Shown piece by piece: positions 1 to 14,137 of a stretch of DNA of 64,000 nt. The notes under the pieces are model-generated. The model did no database searches, was not told where the DNA came from, and was given only the letters and a program-made list of their open reading frames with translations. Origin of the DNA: Hormiphora californensis (Eukaryota > Animalia > Ctenophora); assembly GCA_020137815.1 (NCBI GenBank), contig CM035357.1, forward strand, positions 7,006,001 through 7,070,000, written 5' to 3'. Each line of letters opens with the position of its first letter. Position 1 is the first letter of the stretch. Both the position numbers and the translations under genes were made by a program.

Positions 1-1237
1 ATTCCACTTCCAGGGCACTCCAATGGGTCTCTACAACCACCAAAAAAATTTACCGCGGGTACCGCGATGGAGAAATCGGTCATTTCCGGGTTTATTTTGC
101 ACCTGCATAAATATAGCCTAGGACGAATGCGATATACGGTAAAAACCGTCTTTGGAAACAAGTAGAAAAGAAATCAAGGGCACTAAAGTGTGTAGCGTCC
201 TCGCATTAGTGGGGGTAGGTGCTGGAATTAAGTCTCTATCTTATCAGGTTAATTAGATAATTGGATAATTAGATGTGCACATAGCCGTTTTATGGTTATA
301 CGGTAAAAACCATCTTTGGAATGGAGTAGAGAAAAAACCGAGGGTACTAGAGTGATCAGCGTCCTCGAATTAGTGGGGGTAGGTACCAAAATTAAGTTCC
401 TATCTCATCGCGTTAATTAGTTAATTGGATAATTAGGTATGCGCATAACCGTTTTTAGGTTACATGGCTATAGCCACTTAGGAATGGTTTAGAGACTTTT
501 CATTGGTGCCATTTTGTAGGCAATAGCCAAGTTATGGGGGGTCGACGTCGGACTTTTAAGCTCTATATTCAACCATTTAGCCGTTATATATATGCTCAAA
601 ATCGGTCTTTTTACCGCTTTGTTGCTCACTTTGAGCACCTTTAAAGCCAAATAACGGCTAAACGGTTGAATTTAGAGCTTAAAAGTCCGACGTCGACCCC
701 CAATAACTTGGCTATTGCCTACAAAATGGCACCAATGAAAAGTCTCTAAACCATTCCTAAGTGGCTATAGCCATGTAACCTAAAAACGGTTATGCACATA
801 CCTAATTATCCAATTATCTAATTAACGCGATGAGATAGGAACTTAATTTTGGTACCTACCCCCACTAATTCGAGGACGCTGATCACTCTAGTACCCTCGG
901 TTTTTTCTCTACTCCATTCCAAAGATGGTTTTTACCGTATAACCATAAAACGGCTATGTGTGCATCTAATTATCCAATTATCTAATTAACCTGATAAGAT
1001 AGAGACTTAATTCCAGCACCTACCCCCACTAATGCGAGGACGCTACACACTTTAGTGCCCTTGATTTCTTTTCTACTTGTTTCCAAAGACGGTTTTTACC
1101 GTACATCGCATTCGTCCTAGCCTATATTTATGCAGGTGCAAAATAAACCCGAAAATGACCGATTTCTCCATCGCGGTACCCGCGGTAAATTTTTTTGGTG
1201 GTTGTAGAGACCCATTGGAGGGCCCTGGAAGTGGAAT
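1..1237. mobile_element. Long foldback/inverted-repeat element, probably truncated by the window start
   Basis: 1-~585 is the near-perfect reverse complement of ~651-1237 (attccacttccagggc... / ...gccctggaagtggaat) around a ~65-bp spacer; no credible coding ORF. Confidence 0.8.
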
Positions 1238-1882
1238 CGCTTTTAGATCAATTACTTCCTTTTTCAGCGATATATCGACGTCATATGACTGGCCTATTAG
1301 TACTGCATGGGGGATCTCGTTAGCCAATAGGGAGGGAGGAGGGAACGGTCCAAAAACCGATGCTTTTTCAAGCTAAATCTAAAGAAATCCATGTCACTCA
1401 CCCCTCATGTGGAACCCTGTCACACCCGTGCTTGGAGCACAGAAGTCGGAGCGAGGTCACCCCTCTCACCCCTTCATAGAACATCCCAATACATGTGCAA
1501 GACTTTAAAATTGAGTATTCAAAAATTTCAACTTAGCAACCCCTAGTAATAGTATTTATACATTAAACTGGTGTTCTTTACTCGTATACCCCTCCTTTGT
1601 TATAATGACCCTTTTCTTACCTCAAAACCTTTGATAAAATCCAAACAATTATCCTAGCTATGAAATATCTGCCATGGGAGATAGTGAGGTTATGATAGAA
1701 ACACCTAAACACACCTAAAAACACATAAAACAGCTATAAACCGACTGAAAACATCTAAAACGCGATTTTTGTTAATTTTGTTAATTTTGTTAATTTTGTT
1801 AATGTTTCACCAAGGGTCGTTTGTTAATTAACAAAACATTAACAAAATTAACATGACGACCCCCCCATCTTTCTGATTTTCA

Positions 1883-2012
<130 letters not shown>

Positions 2013-2014
2013 AG

Positions 2015-5000
2015 AATATTGATTTCTACGACGACCCAGAGAATAGTGTGGGAGCCCTCACTACACGACTTTCTATCGATGTCAATGGTATCAAAGGGGC
2101 AACAGGTAAATATATCTCATCCACGATGGTACCCATGATGTCAATGATGATAAGTTAACGACACATTAAAATGCATTATCTTCAAATTAGAGTAAAGTAA
2201 TGTTTTTCAAAAGTATCAATACTTTCAAAAGTATCAATACTTTCCAGAATAATTCCTACATTAGATACTTCGTAACAGTGCTGCTTGCAGTCAAAATACG
2301 GTAACGCAAATACAGTAAGGAGACGCGCACGGTGCATAACGCGCGGCAAAAAGTTCATGTGTCAGCACGTACTAGCGCCCTGATTGGTCACGGTTGCGCG
2401 TCGTCTTACTGTATCTTCGTTTTCCATTACCGTTTTCCCACTACAAGCGACCGTGTAATAAATCATACTACATCTCTGGTCCTCTCTGCTTTGTTTAGCA
2501 GGCATATCCAACTGCTATCCAGGTTACTCTCCAATCACCTGGGCCATTCGCTTTAGCAGCAGAAATACCCGTCTGTAGGTAGATTTTGAAGGAGGTTGGG
2601 GTAAGGGCGTAGGTTGATGAAGATCCTGTACAAGAATTAGTATTTTGTTACAATTTGTTATTTTTTCGATTAATCATTAATAAAGTCGGATTTTTTTAAA
2701 CTGTCACCCCCCCCCCCTTTTCTTGCCTAGCTAGACTGTGTTTCGCGCGCCCCGCCCGCGAAACACAGTCTAGGTTATTTGTATACCGACCTATTCCGTG
2801 TACTGCATTGTGGGGACTCACGTGCGCGTGATGAGTGCTGAAAAGTGTGTACTGCGCTCTCCATCGCACTCTAACTACTGTCTCTCACTTTGAGTGAGAG
2901 AGATAGCTGATCAGTGATCACGTACACGAGCTGATCACTTGACCAAAAGTGTACAAAAACACATAACCCTTCTTTACAAATGTAAAGGAGGGTTAGAACA
3001 TAACAACCCTTTTCACGTGCGGGGTCGTATTTGTGCGTGACAGCCCCCACTTGCTCTCACTTTTCGGCAAAAAACCGCATATTATCGGAAAGAGCATAAT
3101 TTTGTGAGTCCGTAAAACTTTGGTTTGACGAAATTGGTTAAGAAACAAAGGCGTGAGAGTGGAAACAAGTTTCCGACGTGCAAATAAAAACTTGCGCGCC
3201 ACCCAGGGGGGGGGGTGACAGTTTCAAAAAATCCGACCTTATTTAATTTTAAAGTAAGAGTGGCACGCCGTGTTTTCTCACAAAACTTAGTGGATGAACG
3301 GGGAGTACCACCAGGACCATTGGTAAGGTATCGAAAATTTCCAATTCTGTCGCGTTCATTAGTTATGACGTAATATGCTCATTATTTCAACTTTTATAAA
3401 ATTGCTCTATAGAAAAATCTGTGCATTGTGGATTGAAATTGATGCTTGCATCGTGTTCAGCGTCAAAAAATAGCCGGGGTACCAAATTTTGGTGTCTCTA
3501 CCTTGTCTGTGAAGCGAGATATCGACAAATATCAAAAACGACCAAAGTGAGAGAAAGAGAGTTTGTTACAAGTGGGTGGCGCGCACAAACAACTAGCACC
3601 CAAAGATAACAATCTCTCTCTCACCCATTTTGGTCGTTTTTGATAATTGTCGATATCTCGCGTCACAGACAAGGTAGAGACACCAAAATTTGGTACCCCG
3701 GCTATTTTTTGACGCTGAACACGATGCAAGCATCTATTTCAATCCACAATGTACAGATTTTTCTGTAGAGCAATTTTATGAAAGTTGAAATAATGAACAT
3801 ATTACGTCATAACTAATGAACGAGACAGAATTGGAAATTTTCGATACCTTACCAATGGTCCTGGTGGTACTCCCCGTTCATCCACTAAGTTTTGTGAGAA
3901 AACACGGCGCGCCACTCTTACTTTAAGCATTTTTCAGAATTTTTTCCCTGCCCGGGTGAATGCCGAAGGCATTCACCCGGATGCCTTTTTACTTTGTAAA
4001 AAGGCATAGCAGGGTTAGAATTCGAAAACGACATTTTGGTATACTAACTAATCGGTAGAGGGACATTTTTTGGTCACACTTTCGTTGCGAGGGGCAACCT
4101 CACGGCGTGCGCGATCTGACACTTGCGGAGTAACATGCACGCGCACAAACAATTGAAATTTTATGAGGGGCGCGCGGCTATAAACTGTAACGCGCGGCAA
4201 AATTTGTTTTATATCGGCCGCACGTTTTGATTGGAGAAATTGAAAAGAAAATTGAAAAATTGAAAAGAAAATTGAAAAATCTGTTCTGCGTTTTGTTCAA
4301 AAATTCGAAAAACACAAATCCCCATTTTGCGGACAGCTTACTCGTTGGGCGAGTTGAATGGCAAATCGAAGAGGGCAGGGAAACGTAGCATTATGGATAC
4401 ATAATGCAAATAATTCTTGTTTATCGTCTAGAAATATGTGCGAAATAGGGGGGTCTACTGATTATAGTCAGGACCACTATTGGTGCGCGGTCGTGCCCAC
4501 GGGAGGAGTGCTTGGATCAATGGATCATCTTGAAACCGGTTTGAAGTATAACTAATGCTATATTACAAAAGGTCTGTAAGCTATTTGGGTGATTGTTCTG
4601 CAAATCCAATCAGAGTTATGACAAAAAACAGTCAAATAAAGACGTTTTAAAGTGACAAACTGGAGGGCACTGAACAGCCCTATAGGAATCGGGTTGGGGC
4701 TATTAACTTTTTGGAAGTGGCAGGGAATCGTCCAAATTTGCAGTCTCACTTGGAATAGTTCTATCTTTTGTTAGTTATCTAATAGTTGCTGTGTTTAAAC
4801 ATGTGAGAAGATGATTGTAGGGGCCTCTATACTGGTGTATTCTTGTTGTGAAGTGATCACTTGACGAGATTTACCCAATTAGAGAGCAGATTTAAAAGCA
4901 AACAAGCGGGGTGAGAGCAAGAATATGGGGCAGAGAGGAGGAAGAGCGGAGACACTGACCGCCCCGCCGCGAAGGCCACATGACCGGGTTGTCACAGTAA

Positions 5001-8000
5001 TTGTGTCTACAGTAGACTAATTCCAAAGATGGACGGACTACAGTGCCTCGCGAACTAGTCAGGGGGCCTGTACTGCGACACAGGATCAGCTGAGTTACTA
5101 ACACGGACTGCACAGAGGGACCAGTCTCTGCTCCACTCAACGTTCTAAATCCGCAACGTAACCCTTATATGGAGAACGTGGGCGGGGCGGTGGTCGGGGG
5201 AGGTCCCCTTGTAGCTTGGTCCAAACGAATTTCTTTTTGACTGTTTTGTAATACTCGTGATTGGATTGTGCTGAACATCACCCAAATAGCTACAGACACT
5301 TTTGGAATATGCATTAGTTAACTTAAAACCGGTTTCAAGATGATCCAAGCACTCCTTCCGTGGGCACAACCGCGCACCAATAGTGGTCCTGACTATTATG
5401 GTTAGGGTTATAGTGGTGCAGTTTAAAAATTGATACTGTAATATCTCCGGTTCCTGATGAGATACAGAAACCGTTTTGGTAGCGTTGGAAAGTTCTTATT
5501 AACACCAATCCAACACAACCAAAATCAAGTCTGGTAACTGGAAACGTGAATTTCGATTTGTGAGACGCAGTGAGTGTGCCTAGTAATCCCAGTGCTGACA
5601 ATATCGGTAGACCCCTTTTTTCGAAATTTTTTCTAGACGACAAAAAATTCTGAAAAAAATGCTTAAAATTAATGATAAATCAAAAAAAGATGATAGACGA
5701 AAAGTTTTAGGTATCTTATCAAACTTTAAAGAAATTTTGTGCAATGGTTGTGTTTCTTCATACCTTTAACCGACCAATGCCAAATTTGCTCCATCTATAG
5801 AAGTCACAACGTTGGGTGGAGCAATAAATTCACATCCTGTCATGTCTACATCAATCATAATACCATTAGGATTAGCTGTAGGTAGTCCATGGCGTTTCTC
5901 CTGAAATGATATCATGATCAATTTAATGGGATTCAACATCTTTGATCATTTTGTGACAATATTTAGACACCCCGGTGTATGTTGGTTACGAAATAACCCC
6001 TTTGCGACCTTCGTAGGGCAAGCTTAGCACCGGCAAGGGAGGGGGTAATCGTTACCAAGGTGTATGTCGGTTGGAGACTCTGGGTTATATTCCCTGTTCC
6101 CATCAAGGCTTGTATGAGAACACTATGGTCAAGATGACTGTTACAAACAAACAAACAAACAAACAAACAAACTCGCTGGCTCATTGGAGGGGTTTAACAA
6201 TATGATGTACCTGATGAACCCGAGCAGGTTCTGACACAGATATCCCGACCTCTTGTGTTGTCAGCATCGCGAAGAAGAACAACATTACCGCTCGCCAGCG
6301 CCAACAGGACAAATAAAAGAAGGAACATGACCTAGGGGGGGGGGATAATGAGTATCAAATCGAGGTACTGTTTTCATTAATTAATGTATTGTAATGGAGG
6401 CAGAGCGAGCACGGCAAAAATCTGTAAGCAGTGCAGTAAGTACATGGGGTCAGCAGTCGGTTTGATTGGTCTTGATTTTCTATTGGTTTCAATTAAGCTA
6501 AATCGGTTAGCTGGTCGAAGAAAAAACTACTTTAGAGAAATAACGACCACCAACACTAGGGTCTCGCAATTTAGACCACATCGGTGCCAATCAGGGTAGT
6601 AACCCAAAAGTAGTAAGAACACAATAACTAAAATTTTCGAAAGCTTCTCCTTTTATGTAGATAATTCGATTAAGATTTGAGTCGCCTGATACTTTGTTGC
6701 ATGAAAAATTCAAATTAAGATAAGGGCATAATTATGCAGTTTAGATAAATCAACTGTATCGAAATTCGAACCCTTATCTTAATTTAAATTAAATCTTGAT
6801 TCCCTTTCTCTCGCCTTTCTCACACCTATCCTCTCCTAATTAGGTGTGAGGGTTGGTGTGCTGGTACAGAATACCGTCAGTATGATCGCAGGACTGATCA
6901 TTTCATTTGTAGCAAGTTGGCGTCTCGCACTCCTCACTCTCGCCTGTGTCCCTCTTGCCGCTGCAGCAGGTACCACCACTACTCCCTAACAACACCCTAA
7001 CAACACCATAACAACACCCCTACTCCCTAACAACACCCTGAAAACACCCTAACAACACCCCTACTCCCTAACAACACCCTGAAAACACCCTAACAACACC
7101 CTAACAACACCCCTACTCCCTAAAAACACCCCTACTCCCTAACAACACCCCTACTCCCTAACAACACCCTAACAACACCCCTACTCCCTAACAACTCCCT
7201 AACAACACCCCAACAACACCCCTACTCCCTAGGCGGGGCTGAGATGATTCAGGTAACCGGGACAATGAACACAATGAAAAAGTTGTACGAAACAGCAGGG
7301 AAGACAGCCAGTGAAAGTATTGAGAATATGAGGACTGTTGCCTCCCTTAATCTGGAGGATGTCTTTATTAAGAAATATGCATCGGCAATCCAAGAACCTT
7401 CGAGGTACTTTTAATAATATCCGTAATTTTACTGCTCCTTATCAAAAATAGGGGCTAATTATAGGGGTAGGGGCCAACATTACTAATATTAATATAATTA
7501 TAATGATATTATTTTAACATATTGGGCTCTTATCATCCGGGGTGCGATGAGAGAGAGAGGGTAGGAGGTGAACCCCACATTTGAATATCAGAATATGAAT
7601 ATAATCATGATGGTCACTGGGGGGGTTCCAACCTATTTGTTGTACGTTTGTACGGAAAAAAACACGGGTTTCCTCAAACAAAAAAATACAAAAAAATACA
7701 AAAAAGTACAAAAAAATACAAAAAAATACAAAAAAATAAAACGGGTATAAACGATTAAACAAAGCTTTTCTGATCGTTGAAACTTTACTTTATGATCATA
7801 ATTGTGTCATAAATTCCTATTAAACTGTGGTTTCATACAAAATTAGCAACTTTTTCTTATAATTGGAAGATAAAAACATGTTTTAATCATGTTTTAATTG
7901 TTCTTTATCAAAACACAAGGAAATATTCTATTCAAAATTTTCGAAATCTGAATCAATGATGTTTACTTTTTCGAATGAAAGATAATAATTACACGACAAA

Positions 8001-10282
8001 CGTTCCTAGGTGGTACATTAGGACAAAAGGAACCCGTCCATGAATTTTTACTAGGCACCCGCCTCCATAATTTGTTGTGCTTTTTTTTTGTACTGTTTGT
8101 ACGAAAAATTGGAATTTCTAAGAGAGAAAATCTTTCCAAATCGAACTTTCTATCCAAGAAAGTATTATCGAATCGCAATTTCTAAGCGAGAGAAATTTTC
8201 CCGAATCGCAATTTCTTACCGAGAAAATTTTTCTCGAATCGTATTTTCTAAGCGAGAAATTTCCCCGAATCGCAATTTCTTACCGAGAAAATTTTTCTCG
8301 AATCGTATTTTCTAAGCGAGAAATTTCCCCGAATCGCAATTTCTTACCGAGAAAATTTTCTCGAATCGTATTTTCTAAGCGAGAAATTTCCTAGCATCGC
8401 AATTTCTTACCGAGAAAATTTTCTCGAATCGTATTTTCTAAGCGAGATATTTCCCCGAATCCCAATTTCTTACCGAAAAAATTTCTCGAATCGTATTTTC
8501 TAAGCGAAAAATTTTCCCAAATCGCAATTTTTACCGAGAAAATTATCCCGAATCGAAATTAGTACCGAGTAAGTGATCTCCAACTGAGAAAATTTTCTCG
8601 TAATCGTAACGGTAATCTGAATCAATGATTTCGTTTTTTTAGAATTTCAAAAACGTGTACTTTTACACACTTTTTTAGTATGTAATTTTAGCAGGAAAAT
8701 GGAACTAAAAACGTTCATATATATGACTAGCGCACCCATTGGGTGCGCCTCAAGTAAGGGCTTTTTGATAACCCACCCGGCTTCGCCGGGTGGTTCTTTT
8801 CGTCACTTTCAACGTGAATAAAACGGTTGCCATGGCAACTGAATTGGTAACTATGGGGACTGGCATGTTAAAAGTCATTCGAAAATATTAAGAAACTTCC
8901 ACTGGAAGTTCCAAAAGTGTGAGCAACAGCTTTGGGCACATAGAGTATTTTATGAAGGAGCAGTCTGTCGCTTAGATACCGCTTAACGAACGGCCATCAC
9001 TTCGACGTCGTTCATCTCCAAATTATAATATAGATAGATGGTACATGAACATAAACGGAACCCAGCTATGTATTATTTATACTTTTATCAGGCACCCACA
9101 TCCTTCATTATTTTTTTGTATTTTTTTGTATTGTTTGTATGGAAAAAAAACAGGAATTTCGGATACTTTTATGTATGGTCCGTACAAAACCGTACAAAAC
9201 CGTACAAAAAAATAGGTTGGAACCCCCCCTGGTCACTTCTCTCTTGATTTACAGACGGTATAAGAAGAGGGCTCACATCATGGGGTTCTTTTTGGGACTC
9301 GCCGAAGGAGTTATTTTCTTCACTTTTGCTGCTGTCTTTACCTACGGAAACTACTTGATGCAGCGAGATTTGATCGATTTTAACAGAATGATGAAGTATG
9401 TGTGGGAGCTGGTAGGGAGGGTAGACGGTTACCGGTAGGGGGTCAAGGAGGGGGAGGGTCTAACTGCGAATTAAAATACCTTCCTGAATACTAAACAGTA
9501 ATTACAATACTTACTCTCCCTGTCAAGGGTATTCTCAGGCATTGTATTCTCTGCCATGACTGTCGGAGAGACGCTGTCAATGCTGCCTGATTACAGCAAA
9601 GCCAAGGGTTGTGCGATATCGCATCTTCAAGCTAATTGGCGATATCCCGCAAATCGATGCTTATTCTACGGAGGGTAGTAAGGTAAGAACAGTGGAGGAG
9701 GAAGTTAGTATTATCTGGGATAGCTCTCTTTTTTTTTTTTTTTTTTTTTCTCGCGACCTCTCCGCGTCCTTAGTGTCACCGAAGGCTAGCGCTATGTTGG
9801 GGCCCTTTGTGAAACTACGAAACTCCCAATGCCCCTTGTTTGCCCCCAGTGCCTTCTCGGCCCGGCGCTGGTCATCCTGGTCACACCTGGATTCTGGTAT
9901 CCAGGTGTGACCAACAAAGTGAATACCCAACTTAGGCAAACAAAGTTTGGTCCGGCGTCTGGTACAACGGCACATCCTATACATCGCTTGGCTAGCGGGG
10001 GGAACTTAAACAGGGCCGTCTTGACCTCTCATTTTGAGCCTATGGTGCGCGGAGCCCAAATCAATTGATAATATTAATATACCGATTGATCTGTGCAGTG
10101 TGGTCAAGACTGCACCCTGTCAAGTGTGGTATTCCCAGATGATGAAACGTAGAGTAAAAGAGGTGGGGTGATAGGGGAGCAGTGTTACCACAAGGAGGTA
10201 GAGAGACAAGAGACGGGGAAAGAAGAGTGGGAGAGAAAGAAGAAGAAAAGTAGAGTAAGATAGTGGTAAGGAGCTTATGCGA

Positions 10283-10368
<86 letters not shown>

Positions 10369-13300
10369 ACTAGGATATAGATTGGCAGGAGGGGTCTGGG
10401 GGCCATGGAGCATTCCGCTGGCAAGCGCAAAGGTGGCCCCATCCAATACCCATCCAATACTCATCACCCGAAAAGGTAATTTAATTTAGATCTAGGTTAG
10501 TAGGTTATGACGGGGCACTAATTGATTCAAGGGCTTTATGGAGTTACTAATTTAATTTTAAACAACAATAGGGTCCGACAAAAGTTCAGTATTCACACAG
10601 CGAACTTGGGTGATTAGGGCGCCGTAGCGGAAAAGTTTCCGGATACGCTGTATTTTGCAAAAAAAAAAAAAAAAAATCTAACCAATCCCAACCCTGATCA
10701 CAGCCTTGGCCCCGGCACTCACAACACTGCACCCAGTTTCTAGCGCTACCATACAGTCCAGCATCCCCCTGAAGAAAGCACCACTCCGCTCCGGACGAAA
10801 AGATTGTCGAATTTGATGTTGTCAACCCAACTCTCGTGCGCGGATTGTTTTTGCGCGTCACCTATATTTATTATTCTTAAGGTGCTGTGCGCGTGATCCA
10901 AATGTAAATTTCACCTGCGCATGACTCTCGGGGTGACACATCTAGAAAAACCCGACAAACAGTGAGTCCCCTTAGGGATCCCATTGCGTAGGAACTTACA
11001 GCATTTGATGGATGCTTGGTACCGTGATGGGGATGGGAAGAGATGCTCCAACCTTGTACTGATATGGTAGTTTCCGTGGACCGTGCCTCTCTAATTAATG
11101 TGATTTCATGATGTGCTGCGTGAATTCATAACTTGCTGCTTGCTCAATAAATAGTTTTACGGGTTTATAGCAGGAAGCGACCGAATATTCGGTTCGGTTC
11201 GATTCGGTTCGGAAATTCGGTGTTTTTTGGGCGGTTCGGTTCGGTTCGGTTCGGTAGGAAATTTTGGCCGAACCACCGAATTTTTTGGTCAAAAAATGCC
11301 CAGAAATCGGTCTTTTTCATGCAAAATTTTTCAATTATTGTATGGATTTCAATGTCAATTTCGCCGTATTAACCCTATTTCGAATCGGTGGTGCTATGTG
11401 GAAATGATTTCGCTAGTTAGCGGGTTCGATATGGATTGATTTGATACCTGACTTCCCGTCGAATCGTGTCCTCATGAGAGGGTCAACAAATTCAGAAACT
11501 TTTTTTCAAAAAATTCATGGAGAGCACCGATCAAGGTGTTAAGAATCATTCTCTGAAATTTTGTAAAAAAAGTTTGGAAAATATTTCAAAGTCAATTTTA
11601 TGGAAAATTTTCTATGTCAATTTTTGCGTACGAATCGTGTTTCGAATCGGTATTGCTAAGCGGGAGTGATGTTGCTAATTAGTGGGTCCGAAATGGATTA
11701 TGCTGATACGTGATCCCCCATCAAATCTAATTAGGAAGTTTAGGGGAAACGATTCATGTTTCAATAAATCCTGCTAATTAGCGAGAGCACTGCCGCATAG
11801 CATCACCGATTCGCAACACGATTCGTACGGCAAAATTGACATATAATTTTTTTTTCCGAAATTGACTTTGAAATATTTTACAAAGTTTTTTCACAAAATT
11901 AAATGTTTCTCTAAAAATTCATGGAGAGCATCGATCAAGGTATTGAGAATCATTACCTGAAATTTTGTGAAATTTTTTTTGTGAAAAATATTTTAAGTAA
12001 ATTATGGTATACGAATCGTGTTTCTAATCGACAATGCTAAACGGGAGTGATGTTGGTAATTAGTGGGTCCGAGATGGATTGTGCTGATACGTGATCCCCC
12101 ATCAAATCTAATTAGGAAATTTAGAGAGACACGATTCATGGTTCGTTTAATCCTGCTAATTAGCAATACCATTCCCGTATAGCATTGCCGATTCGAAACA
12201 CGATTCGTACGCAAAAATTGACATAGAAAATTTACGATAAAATTGACTTTGAAAATTTTTTCACAAAATTGATTTTGAAATTTTTTCAAACATTTTTTAA
12301 CAAAATTTCAGAGAATGATTCTCAATACCTTGATCGGTGCTCTCCATGACTTTTTAGAGAAACATTTATATAGAAAAAGTTTTGTATGGTTCGGTTCGGT
12401 TCGGTTACCGAAATTCGGTTCGGTTCGGTTCGGTTCGGTAAAAAAGTTTTTCAAATTCGGTTCGGTTCGGTTCGGTGGAAAAAAACCCGGTTCGGTCGTT
12501 TCCTGGTTTATAGTATAATAGACGGGGTTTATTGTAGAAGAAAGCAATCAATTTCGATGCACAGCATCATCATCAGGCTCAAATTAGTGTTAAAAAGTTT
12601 GTGTTAAAAATGTTGAGGGGGTGATCCCTGTAGTGATCTCACGTGGTTCGAAGTTTGATCAGGCAGTGTTAAAACTTTTCAACACTACTTTAGACAAATT
12701 AATTTGAGCCTGATGATGATGATGCTGAGCATCGAAATTGATAGCGTTCTTCTATAATAAAACCCCGTCTACTCACTTCGTACAGCAGGAAGGAGAAAAC
12801 TAAACTTCCTCATTGATATGCGGCTAATAAACAATCAACCGATCGCGATCCTTATTCCCTATCAACCTTGGCACACATTTTCAGTTTGGGCACACATAAA
12901 CAAGACATCAAATAAAGCAAGGCTTTGTACATTCTCCAGTCTCCTAACACGTTGTTCGGTTGAGCAACTCAACAACAAACACACTGATTTTGGCCGCGAA
13001 AAGGGGTACAACCTGTCAGCGCATTGGCTGTCCCTAATCCCTATTCTCATTTCTGAACCGTGGTCAGAGCATTGGCCTGACAGGGTACAACGTGCCCAAA
13101 GGCTGGTTACAAACAGTATAACAATAACATAGAATTATCTCGGGGTGAGTGAGAAACTAGGCTACAATAATGAATATATCCCCATTTATTATTATTACCT
13201 CATATGATGCGACGTGTCATCAGGGGGTCACGTTTATCCAAATATCGAGCTAGTGACATCATCAGCTGCCCAACGTGGCTCCATAGCTGCAGAGGGGTTA

Positions 13301-14056
13301 CCATGGTGATACGTTGGGCTCCCTGTATAACCTCATTGTGACATGTCATAATACCTGCAAGGGTATTCTCAGGCATTGTATTCTCTGCCATGACTGTCGG
13401 AGAGACGCTGTCAATGCTGCCTGATTACAGCAAAGCCAAGGGTTGTGCGTATCGCATCTTCAAGCTAATTGGCGATATCCCGCAAATCGATGCTTATTCT
13501 ACGGAGGGTAGTAAGGTAAGAACAGTGGAGGAGGAAGTTAGTATTATCTGGGATAGCTCTCTTTCGTGTATTGTGTTCGACACCACACGTACAGTTTTGT
13601 GAGACACAATTAACTCGTCTCTGTAACACGCCATGTCGCCAGAACAGTGAAAGTAAATGGTCGCGCGCGGGTAAAACTCTGCGCGTGCCCTGGCCTCATG
13701 GTTTATCAGGTGCGCTGACAAGCGCTAATCACCTGGAGATCCAGGGATATTCCATCTAAAGTGCGTTTCAAACGACTTGACCTGAGATTCCTGGAAATTC
13801 AGGATTTCCCCTTTGTAAATACACACGCAATGCGCCAAATTCCAAGAATTACGGGTCAAGTCGCTTGAAACGGACTTTACTAAATGTATCTCAATTTTAA
13901 TCCAGTCTGTTTATTTTCAGCCTGAGATTACCGGAAAACTTAGCTTTAAGAATGTATGGTTCAACTACCCATCTCGCCCCTACGTTCCCGTTTTACAAGG
14001 TAAAGTTTTCAGACTGTCTCTCGGTCTCAGTCTATTTTAATTTATCTATCTCTCTA

Positions 14057-14137
<81 letters not shown>

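Noticed and set aside
5445-5490. Hammerhead ribozyme (ctgatga-gataca-gaaa)
   Set aside because: There is no stem II (no G-C closing pair) and stem I is mostly wobble or mismatch; probably chance. Degenerate look-alikes at ~44460 and ~55590 (minus) lack an intact core.
6975-7230. Telomeric (CCCTAA)n tract
   Set aside because: CCCTAA occurs only inside longer units and never as a pure hexamer array.
12665-12720. A functional SL RNA gene
   Set aside because: The leader is followed by CC rather than the GT donor an SL RNA needs, and no clear Sm site follows.
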